This document shows, one piece after another, positions 37,302-45,363 of a DNA stretch of 46,013 bases. The notes under the pieces are model-generated. The model saw nothing but the letters and a program-made list of their open reading frames with translations, had not been told where the DNA came from and searched no databases. The position numbers were made by a program, and so were the translations under genes. Source of the DNA: an uncultured virus (IMG/VR IMGVR_UViG_3300037295_000360). Its lineage: Duplodnaviria; Heunggongvirae; Uroviricota; Caudoviricetes. Position 1 is the first letter of the stretch; every line of letters starts with the position of its first letter. The stretch spans positions 124,001 through 170,013 of IMG/VR virus record IMGVR_UViG_3300037295_000360; one strand, written 5' to 3'.

Positions 37302-38063
37302 ATGACAACTAATATTCTAGCACCATATATTAAAGTAGATGAATCTTTTCATTTTTACGTAAATGGAAGACTCTTTGAAATGAATGACATTGAGATTAAG
37401 GAACTTGAAGGAACTAACAATTTAACTTTAAGAAACGCAATTATGGCGTTTGAATCATTCGAATTTTCAAATGATTCAGTAAAATGGTTTCATGGACCAA
37501 GTAAATTCGTATATGATTTAACTGAAGGTAAATTTCAACATAATACTTCATTAATTGAAGGAAATACATTTTCTATACATGTCCTTTCGGCAGGTATGGT
37601 TAGATATAATGAAAAGGCAACAGCCGAGTTATTTGAATCTCTACCAGTTCTTTTACAAAATTACGTAACTCTTGATTTTGCAGCTACATTTGAAGGAAAC
37701 AATAATATTGTAAATTTATTTAAATTAAATGAAGATGTATATGTTGCTCGTTTTAATAAATCAAACAGAATTGCAAAATTCTTTAAAGCAAACAATGTAA
37801 TGGAAGCCGTTGATTATGTTACTAATGAGACAGGAGAATCAGCACTTTTCTTTTTAAAGGAAATGGCCGAAGGTCAATCGGATAGGCTAAAGGAAATAGC
37901 AGAACAAGTCATATTAAATGAGTCTATGATATCTTTTTTAAAGGATCAAAAGGGATTACTTGCGACTGCAGACAGAAACGACGAAAATATAAAAGAAGCG
38001 GATGCTTTACTTAATAAAGAAATAAAAACATTCGAAGATAAGATTACAGCATTATACATGTAA
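37302..38063 (+). CDS. Hypothetical late protein
   Basis: 253 aa with a C-terminal coiled coil; GATATATA at 37270. Confidence 0.75.
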   Translation: MTTNILAPYIKVDESFHFYVNGRLFEMNDIEIKELEGTNNLTLRNAIMAFESFEFSNDSVKWFHGPSKFVYDLTEGKFQHNTSLIEGNTFSIHVLSAGMVRYNEKATAELFESLPVLLQNYVTLDFAATFEGNNNIVNLFKLNEDVYVARFNKSNRIAKFFKANNVMEAVDYVTNETGESALFFLKEMAEGQSDRLKEIAEQVILNESMISFLKDQKGLLATADRNDENIKEADALLNKEIKTFEDKITALYM

Positions 38064-38092
38064 CGCAACCTATAGTATTCTATTACCATAGT

Positions 38093-38120
38093 AAAGCCTC
38101 TAGCAATAGAGGCTTTTTTT
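38093..38120 (+). terminator. Intrinsic terminator
   Basis: AAAGCCTCTA/TAGAGGCTTT followed by a T-run; TGAAAC-N17-TACAAT follows at 38135-38163. Confidence 0.85.
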
Positions 38121-38191
38121 GTTTAAATAGTATGTGAAACAAAATAATAAAAACCCATACAATAAATATAACTTAATTTAAAATAATAAAA

Positions 38192-38563
38192 ATGGCTAAA
38201 AGTAAAAATTACTTAAATAATAAAGACTTACATGCTGCAATGAGCGAGTCTAAATTGCTTGGAAAATTAACACCAACTTCAGAAAAAATGTTAATTTTGC
38301 TAGCAGAAAGAGCACAGAGAACAATGTCATATGTTAGTGATGATGACAGAAATGATTGTTTGCAGGCTGCACTATTAGATCTTTTAAAATATTGGAAAAA
38401 TTTCAATCCTGAATATCCTAATGCTTTCGCATATTTTACAGAAATATCAAAGAGAGGTTATGCTAAAGGATGGAATGTAATCCATCCAAAAAAATACAAA
38501 GGAACATTATCTATGGATAAGGCTTCTGGCAATGATGAAACCGGAGGAATGTATTCATTTTAA
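38192..38563 (+). CDS. gp55: Late-transcription sigma factor (gp55-like)
   Basis: NYLNNKDL, L.AE, D....A..D.LKY..NFNP...NAFAYFT.I. Confidence 0.85.
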   Translation: MAKSKNYLNNKDLHAAMSESKLLGKLTPTSEKMLILLAERAQRTMSYVSDDDRNDCLQAALLDLLKYWKNFNPEYPNAFAYFTEISKRGYAKGWNVIHPKKYKGTLSMDKASGNDETGGMYSF

Positions 38564-39051
38564 TGTCAATAAAAAATCTTAAACCCACAAAGAATTCAGC
38601 ATTTCATCAAGGTTATTATAATCCAACTAATCCTGAAAAGGTAATAGGGCCTCTTCCTATAATATATAGGAGTTCATGGGAATATAAGTTTATGATATGG
38701 TGTGATATCAATGATAAGGTATTAATGTGGTCTAGTGAACCTGTCGAAATCAAATATTGGTCTAGGCAGGGAAACAAAGAACGAAAGTACTATCCTGATT
38801 TTTACTTTAAAATATTAAAACCAGATGGAACTACTGATGAATTCTTAGCAGAAATTAAACCTAAGTCACAAATTCAAAAACCAAAAATCCCAACTAAGAT
38901 GTCCAAGAAGGCGTTAGAATCCTATAAATTCCTCGCAGAGCAATATGTCAAGAATATGGACAAGTATAATGCTGCAAAGGAGTATGCGATTAATCGAAGT
39001 TGGAAATTCATAGTTCTAACTGAAGACACTATAAAAAACGGGCTACGTTAA
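38563..39051 (+). CDS. gp4: Head completion nuclease (gp4, TnsA-like)
   Basis: G.Y.P.NPEK, YRSSWE..FM.WCD, WSSE, Y.PDF, EIKP and F.VLTE. Confidence 0.92.
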   Translation: MSIKNLKPTKNSAFHQGYYNPTNPEKVIGPLPIIYRSSWEYKFMIWCDINDKVLMWSSEPVEIKYWSRQGNKERKYYPDFYFKILKPDGTTDEFLAEIKPKSQIQKPKIPTKMSKKALESYKFLAEQYVKNMDKYNAAKEYAINRSWKFIVLTEDTIKNGLR

Positions 39052-39092
39052 AATAGGAATATATATTACAATATGAAAAACCACTATAAAAA

Positions 39093-39692
39093 ATGGGCTA
39101 TGTTAAAAAAAGAATAAGTGAATTATCAAAAGAACATGGAAGTAAGACCAGGGCAGTTAGATTCTCAGAATCATGGTTTAATGATAGTCTTAAGTCTAGA
39201 AGCTTAACAGAAGCTCAATATACTAGAAATAGATTTAAACCAGGACAGATTTATGTTTTTCAATATTCTCCAAAATATAAAGATGAATTGCCCTGGTTTG
39301 ACGAAAATCCAATAGTCCTCGCTATTGAAGGAAACGGCAACAATGATTGCGGGGTTAATTTAAATCTACTACCAATCCCTGTAAAAGAAAAGCTACTTGA
39401 TGATTTATATTCAAAAATGAATGCATTTATTAATAGCACTATTTCCGAAAAGAAAAATCCAATAAATGAAAAACCATTAAGAATAACATATGATGGTATG
39501 AAATCATATTTAGAAAAATATGGATGTGATTTTGCCTTAAGACAATATATACCATCAAGGAAAAAAAAACAGGCAGTTGTCAGTTATTCAAGATGGCCTG
39601 AAATTGCCCTATGCAATTTCATAGAACTAAACGGTACCACATTGATGGCAATAAGAATACAATTTAAAGACTATTTAAAAAGGAATATATAA
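39093..39692 (+). CDS. gp2: DNA end protector protein (gp2-like)
   Basis: PG.IY.F.Y.PK.K..LP.FD..P, G.NL..LP and RQY. Confidence 0.85.
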   Translation: MGYVKKRISELSKEHGSKTRAVRFSESWFNDSLKSRSLTEAQYTRNRFKPGQIYVFQYSPKYKDELPWFDENPIVLAIEGNGNNDCGVNLNLLPIPVKEKLLDDLYSKMNAFINSTISEKKNPINEKPLRITYDGMKSYLEKYGCDFALRQYIPSRKKKQAVVSYSRWPEIALCNFIELNGTTLMAIRIQFKDYLKRNI

Positions 39693-39713
39693 ATAAAACT
39701 AATATTAAACAAC

Positions 39714-41285
39714 ATGGCAGGATTCGTCGAAAGAAATGGACCACTGAGTACTGGAAAAAAACCCTTTGTATTAAGTGATACACTAAAGAAATTATCTTCA
39801 TTTGGTATGTACTATGATGACTTAGTACTTAGACAATCACAGGCAATTGGACCACTTGAAGATGCATATGGATATGGAGCAATGAATCCATTAGGTATGG
39901 ATAGCGATGATATGTACGGCGCTTTTGCTGCACTTTCAATGGCAGACACTACCATGCGAAAAAACGTTCCGTTTTTTGATCAACAATATCGTGGTAAACG
40001 AGAAGAACTTAGAAAATTTGCACAGCATGATGAAATAGAAGACATCTTAGATATCTTATGTGATGAATCAATAGTATATGACAATAAAAATTTCATGGCT
40101 AACCCTGAGATTATAGGTATGGAAGTTTCTGAAGAAGTTCAGAAATATTTAAATAAATCATACCGTGACATTTATCAGTATTTTGGGTTTAACATGGACC
40201 AATCCGCGTGGTTCTTTTACAGAAAATGGTTAATTGATGGATATCTTTCTTTTGAAATTATTTATAATCCAGAAATGACACAGATTATTGGATTTAAGGA
40301 AATTGATCCAATAACACTAGTCCCGGGATATAATCATGAGGATGGTAAAAAAATATGGATTCAATTTAAAGATGATCCAATTAAAGAAAGAAAATTATAC
40401 GATTCTCAAATAGTATACATATCATATTCTTCCATTACAACAGCATCTAGGGTTTCTTACGTTGAAAGATTAGTAAGGTCATTCAACTTAATGAGAATAA
40501 TGGAGCATACCCGTGTTATTTGGGCTGTTACAAACTCTTCATATCGAATGAAGTTTATTATTCCAGTTGGAGGTAAGTCAAAGACTAGAGCAAAACAATC
40601 TCTTTCTCAATTAATGGGTAACTATAAAGAAGTTGTAGATTTTGATTGGGACAGTGCATCTCTGACAACAAATGGTAAACCAATGTTACAATTCAATAAA
40701 GAATACTGGTTACCTAGCAAGGACGGTGAGCAACCTGAGATTGAAACCCTAGGAGGAGAAGGCCCGGAGCTATCCGACACTGAATCTCTAAAATACTTCT
40801 CAGATAAATTAAAATCAGTTTCTAAAATTCCATACTCTAGATTTATGTATGAAGATGGTGGTGGAGATTTTGCAATGGAAGCTGATGGAATGATTAGAGA
40901 TGAAATTAAATTTGCTAAATTTATAACTAGACTTAGAAGTTCTTTTCAAGAAATATTAGTTAAACCTCTTTGGCTTCAAATGTGTCTTAAATATCCTGAA
41001 TTCAAAGAAGATGCTGGATTTAGAACTCAAATCGCTCTTCAATTTAATGAAGAAAATATGTTTGCTGAATTAAAGCAAATGGAAATAATGGTAAAAAGAC
41101 TTGATTTCATAGGTACTATGAAAGATTCATTAGTTAAAACAGATCCATTAACAATGGAAGAAACTCCATATTTTGACATGGACTTCTTAGTTGATAGATA
41201 TATGAAACTTTCACCTGATGATAAAGCAGCAAACGAAGCCTACAAGTCAAGAGCCAAGGCAAGGGAAGCAGCTGAACCTGCATAA
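39714..41285 (+). CDS. gp20: Portal protein
   Basis: EI...LD...DE, FYRKWLIDG, IDP, SY.E, EYWLP, EIETL.G, KIP.SR and RDEIKFAKFI.RLR. Confidence 0.95.
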   Translation: MAGFVERNGPLSTGKKPFVLSDTLKKLSSFGMYYDDLVLRQSQAIGPLEDAYGYGAMNPLGMDSDDMYGAFAALSMADTTMRKNVPFFDQQYRGKREELRKFAQHDEIEDILDILCDESIVYDNKNFMANPEIIGMEVSEEVQKYLNKSYRDIYQYFGFNMDQSAWFFYRKWLIDGYLSFEIIYNPEMTQIIGFKEIDPITLVPGYNHEDGKKIWIQFKDDPIKERKLYDSQIVYISYSSITTASRVSYVERLVRSFNLMRIMEHTRVIWAVTNSSYRMKFIIPVGGKSKTRAKQSLSQLMGNYKEVVDFDWDSASLTTNGKPMLQFNKEYWLPSKDGEQPEIETLGGEGPELSDTESLKYFSDKLKSVSKIPYSRFMYEDGGGDFAMEADGMIRDEIKFAKFITRLRSSFQEILVKPLWLQMCLKYPEFKEDAGFRTQIALQFNEENMFAELKQMEIMVKRLDFIGTMKDSLVKTDPLTMEETPYFDMDFLVDRYMKLSPDDKAANEAYKSRAKAREAAEPA

Positions 41286-41324
41286 GAAGATCCTTTAGCA
41301 ATTTAAAAAGACAAAAAAAAAACA

Positions 41325-41681
41325 ATGAAAACAATTAAGACATTTGAACAATTTATAAATTCATCTTATATTAAAATAGACGAGGCAGCTATTGATGCCG
41401 GTGGTGATTCACGTGTTGTAGTAGACGATGTTTCTTTAGATTCAGGTGAAGAAATTAAATCCACTGAAATTCTAGGTGTAATTCTTTCATCTAAAACAGA
41501 AAAAGAATTTAAGGAATACTTTTATAAGGAGTATGGTAACACTGTATTTACCGAAGAAGATATTTTTGCTTTAGTTAAATTTTATAACGATTATACAGCT
41601 GAGGTTAATCAAGCAGACGCTGAAGAAAAGAAGAAAGAAGAAGAGGAAGGTGGCATTGAAGACCCACTAGCAGGCATCTAA
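41325..41681 (+). CDS. Acidic prohead core-like protein (gp67/68 position)
   Basis: IKTFEQFIN...IDEA; lies between portal and protease. Confidence 0.55.
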   Translation: MKTIKTFEQFINSSYIKIDEAAIDAGGDSRVVVDDVSLDSGEEIKSTEILGVILSSKTEKEFKEYFYKEYGNTVFTEEDIFALVKFYNDYTAEVNQADAEEKKKEEEEGGIEDPLAGI

Positions 41682-41750
41682 TTTTAATTTTTTTAAATAT
41701 TATAAAAATTAGTATGATATATAATAGAAATATAATAAAATAATAAAATT

Positions 41751-43667
41751 ATGACTAACAACTTACTGATCCTAGAAAGATCATCTACAGAATTAGCGTT
41801 TAAACAGGAAGGTGGAACCTACGTTCTAGAAGGTATCTTTGGAGAAATCGATAAGAAAAATCGTAATAACCGAATTTATACTGAATCTGAATATTTACCA
41901 CAAATTCAGGCATTACAAGATAAAATTAAATCATCTAAACTATTAGGTGAATTAGATCACCCTCAGACATTTGACGTATCTTTAAAGAATGTATCACATA
42001 TTATTGAAGAATTAATATATGATTCAACTACAAAACAAGTCAAGGGTAGAATTAGATTATTAGATACCGATGCAGGTCGACAAGCAAAGGCATTAGTGGA
42101 TGCTGGAGTACCTCTACAAATATCAAGCAGAGCTGCCGGAGCTGTTGAATCAAATGGACAAGTAAAAATCAAACAATTATTTACATACGATTTAGTAGCT
42201 GATCCAGGATTTGAAAACGCTGAACTAAAAAGAGTTAATGAATCTTATGGATTTGTTAATGAAGGAAACGACCTATTTATTTACGAGATAAATAATAAAG
42301 ATAATAACAAACAAACAATCGAAAACATAAACGAAACAAAAATGGCAGAGTCTAAATTTATTACGGTTGAGGATTTCAACAACTACTCTAAATATCTTTC
42401 TAATGAAATGAAAACTATCAAAGAAAGTATGAATTTATTAACATCAACTGATGAAAACACTTCTCAATTAGAAAAGATTAAAGAATATACTAATTATTTA
42501 GCTGAAAAACTAGAGAATTCAATAGCATACTCTGAGTATTCGGCTAAAAAAACAGATGAAAGTATTCAATATACTGAGCATCTTGCAGAAAAACTAGATA
42601 AAGGTATTCAATATTCTGAACATATTGCAGAAAGTGTTGATTCTATTAGAAATTACACTAATTATTTAGCAGAATCATACAATGAAGGAACTACTTCACA
42701 TGATAACTTAATTAAGTATACTGAGTATTTAAGAGAAAATCTAGAAAAAGTAACAGAATACGCTGAATATGTTGCAGAAACAGTAAACACTAACTTATTA
42801 TTAGAAGACGGAGCTGGAATTCCAGCAAAAGACTTAAAAGACGAAACTAAAGACGTTACTGTAAAAACAGTTGATGCTGATGGCAATGTAATTGACAGTA
42901 AAGTTAAAGATGTTGAAGCTGATTTAGATCTTAAAGGAACTGGAGACGCTGCCGGGATTGAAATAGTAGAAGGTGCAGCTGGAATACCAGCAGAGGACTT
43001 AAAGGACGAAACTAAAGATGTAACAGTAAAAACAGTTGATGCTGATGGTAATGTAATTGACAGTACAGTTAAAGATGTCAAAGCCGATTTAGATCTTAAA
43101 GGAACTGGAGACGCTGCCGGAAAAACAGTAGACGCAATGGAAGCTTACAAAAATTCAATTACTTCTAAATTAGAAGCTTTAGTTGAAAAGGTTAACGCTA
43201 AAAAAACAGATAATCCTTCTTTCTTTAAATTTATTAATGAAGAAAAAATAAATGAATTTAATGCTTTATCAAATGAAGATAAAACTAAAGTTACATCTGC
43301 AGTCGAAGGCAAGGGCTATCTAACAGAAGGTCAAATTTTATCATTATGGTCAAATTCATTAATGGGAGCTGTAATTACAGAAAATACACCAAATGTAATT
43401 GCAATGATGCCAACTGAATATCATGATACATGGACTAAATTATCTGAAAGTAAGAAAAGCCAAATAATGGCTCAATCAAAAATGGCTAAACTAGAAACTT
43501 CATATCAAGTTGCAAATTTCTGGCAAACAAGAGATCTTAGAGAAACTTCATCAATCATGGAAAAAATAACAATGATTAATGAATCTACAAAGATCGAAGA
43601 AGTAAAGACAATAGGTTACGATTTGTCAGATATTACTGCTCAAATAGCAAAAAAATTCAAAAAATAA
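41751..43667 (+). CDS. gp21: Prohead protease fused to a scaffold (gp21 + gp22-like)
   Basis: LEGIF, N.N.RIY, GELDHP, VSH, ISSRAAG and DLVADP, then 14-residue Y.EY/HLAE coiled-coil repeats. Confidence 0.9.
   Translation: MTNNLLILERSSTELAFKQEGGTYVLEGIFGEIDKKNRNNRIYTESEYLPQIQALQDKIKSSKLLGELDHPQTFDVSLKNVSHIIEELIYDSTTKQVKGRIRLLDTDAGRQAKALVDAGVPLQISSRAAGAVESNGQVKIKQLFTYDLVADPGFENAELKRVNESYGFVNEGNDLFIYEINNKDNNKQTIENINETKMAESKFITVEDFNNYSKYLSNEMKTIKESMNLLTSTDENTSQLEKIKEYTNYLAEKLENSIAYSEYSAKKTDESIQYTEHLAEKLDKGIQYSEHIAESVDSIRNYTNYLAESYNEGTTSHDNLIKYTEYLRENLEKVTEYAEYVAETVNTNLLLEDGAGIPAKDLKDETKDVTVKTVDADGNVIDSKVKDVEADLDLKGTGDAAGIEIVEGAAGIPAEDLKDETKDVTVKTVDADGNVIDSTVKDVKADLDLKGTGDAAGKTVDAMEAYKNSITSKLEALVEKVNAKKTDNPSFFKFINEEKINEFNALSNEDKTKVTSAVEGKGYLTEGQILSLWSNSLMGAVITENTPNVIAMMPTEYHDTWTKLSESKKSQIMAQSKMAKLETSYQVANFWQTRDLRETSSIMEKITMINESTKIEEVKTIGYDLSDITAQIAKKFKK
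42813..43120 (+). repeat. 165-bp (55-aa) diverged tandem duplication in the scaffold region
   Basis: AGIPA.DLKDETKDVTVKTVDADGNVIDS.VKDV.ADLDLKGTGDAAG starts at 42813 and 42978. Confidence 0.92.
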
Positions 43668-43698
43668 AAATATATCACAATATTATCAAATAATTAAA

Positions 43699-43706
43699 GA
43701 TATATA
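43699..43706 (+). promoter_or_regulatory. GATATATA late promoter of the major capsid gene
   Basis: The same octamer occurs upstream of ORFs at 2844, 6921, 9298, 21095, 29883, 36443, 37270, 41716 and 45331. Confidence 0.75.
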
Positions 43707-43813
43707 ATAAAACAAAACATATTCGATGCACAGTTAAGAAGCAAAAAACTGAAATTATATCGAAAACTCGTAAACACGAAACTTAAACCATTAAAAAATA
43801 AATTAAAACAAAA

Positions 43814-45271
43814 ATGGCAAATTTAATTAATGAATCAGAAATCAGAGCAACATGGTCTCCGATTATTGAATCAGCAACAGGAATCAATGACGCTAGCAAA
43901 TTAGCTTGGATGTCAGAGTACTGTCATAATCACAAATTATATGAGGATGCTTCTACTATGTCTTTAGGGACTGCAGGAAATATCTTTGGTATGGGCGCAA
44001 CGGTTTTACCTTCAGGAATCACTAACGGTGTTTCTACTGTAAACGGTTCTGGAGATAAGTCTCCTTCCCTATTACCTTTAGCAATGCAAGTTGCTGCACA
44101 AACTATCGGTCTTGATTTAGTACCTGTAGTTCCTATGGCTGGACCAATGGGATTACTATCTTATTTAGACTTCGTATATGAAGGTGGTAAAATTGCAGGA
44201 ACAACTACTCCAACTTACGTTAAAGCTTCTGAGGCACTTTTAGGTACTGACGATATTGATGCTGTACCTGGAAGTAATGGTGATTACGTATTCATCGGAT
44301 CATCAAGAATTGATGGTAAATCAATTTTTAAAGTTGGAACTATTGATGCATCAAACACAAATATTGCAGGTGACTTAGAAGCAGTTGCAACAGGTGCTGG
44401 TGTAACTGTAGAATTAGTAAAAGCATTAGAAGATCATGTTAAAGGATTCGTTGCAGCTGATGAGAATGGAAATCCATTTTCTAGAGAAGCTGGAGAACAA
44501 ACTCCTGACAAAATCATGGGTCTTTCATTACACTCTAAGACTGTTTCAGCTGAAACTTTTCAAGTTGCTGCTGCGGTTACAAGAGAGCAAGTTCAAGATC
44601 TTAAGCAATTCGGAGTTGACGCTGTTGCTCAAGTAGAAGCTGTTTTAACTAATGAATTAACACAAGGTATTAACCAATACATCTTAGGTAGAATTAGAAA
44701 ATTAGGTACTGATAACGTAACCGCTGCATTTACTGTAAACGGTTTTGACTTAACATTACCTGCTGCTAGTGCTTTAGGTGGTGGTGGTGAAACTTTACCA
44801 TCAATCCATAGAAGAATCTTATCACAAATTCTTGCGGCTGCTAACTTAATCGCTAACAGAGGTAGAAGAGGTGCTGGTAACTTCGCAGTATGTGGACCAC
44901 AAACTGCAACAGTTTTACAATCAATCTCTGGATTTGTTGCAAACCCAATGGCTAATACTTTCGCACAAGCTGCTGGAGCAATTTACCCTTTAGGATCTGT
45001 TGCTGGAATTAATGTATATACTGACCCAACAATGGAATGGGGAGATTATTCTATCGCAGTTGGTAGAAAAGGTGACGGTAACGGACCTGGTATTGTATTT
45101 ATGCCATACTTAATGGCTGAATCAGTGCAAACTATCGCTGAAGGAACTATGGCTCCTAAGGTTGCTATTAAATCTAGATTCGCTCTAGTTGATGCAGGTT
45201 TTCACCCAGAAACACAATATGTTAAATTTAACGTTAAAGGTTCATTTACTAACCTATTGACACTTTCATAA
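43814..45271 (+). CDS. gp23: Major capsid protein
   Basis: W.PI.E, LVPVVPM.GPMG, E..QDLK..G.DA, RRGAGNF, VY.D, FMPY and P.VAIKSRF. Confidence 0.95.
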   Translation: MANLINESEIRATWSPIIESATGINDASKLAWMSEYCHNHKLYEDASTMSLGTAGNIFGMGATVLPSGITNGVSTVNGSGDKSPSLLPLAMQVAAQTIGLDLVPVVPMAGPMGLLSYLDFVYEGGKIAGTTTPTYVKASEALLGTDDIDAVPGSNGDYVFIGSSRIDGKSIFKVGTIDASNTNIAGDLEAVATGAGVTVELVKALEDHVKGFVAADENGNPFSREAGEQTPDKIMGLSLHSKTVSAETFQVAAAVTREQVQDLKQFGVDAVAQVEAVLTNELTQGINQYILGRIRKLGTDNVTAAFTVNGFDLTLPAASALGGGGETLPSIHRRILSQILAAANLIANRGRRGAGNFAVCGPQTATVLQSISGFVANPMANTFAQAAGAIYPLGSVAGINVYTDPTMEWGDYSIAVGRKGDGNGPGIVFMPYLMAESVQTIAEGTMAPKVAIKSRFALVDAGFHPETQYVKFNVKGSFTNLLTLS

Positions 45272-45296
45272 TACTTAAAATTAACATTTTAATATT

Positions 45297-45326
45297 AAAA
45301 GGAACTGAGAAATCAGTTCCTTTTTT
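45297..45326 (+). terminator. Intrinsic terminator after the capsid gene
   Basis: AAAAGGAACTGA/TCAGTTCCTTTT followed by T. Confidence 0.9.
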
Positions 45327-45363
45327 CGTTGATATATATGTTATATAAAAAAATATCTACTTT

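Noticed and set aside
37023..44636. Small nested plus-strand ORFs 37023-37217 and 44436-44636
   Set aside because: Out-of-frame ORFs inside strong structural genes with no leader or motif.
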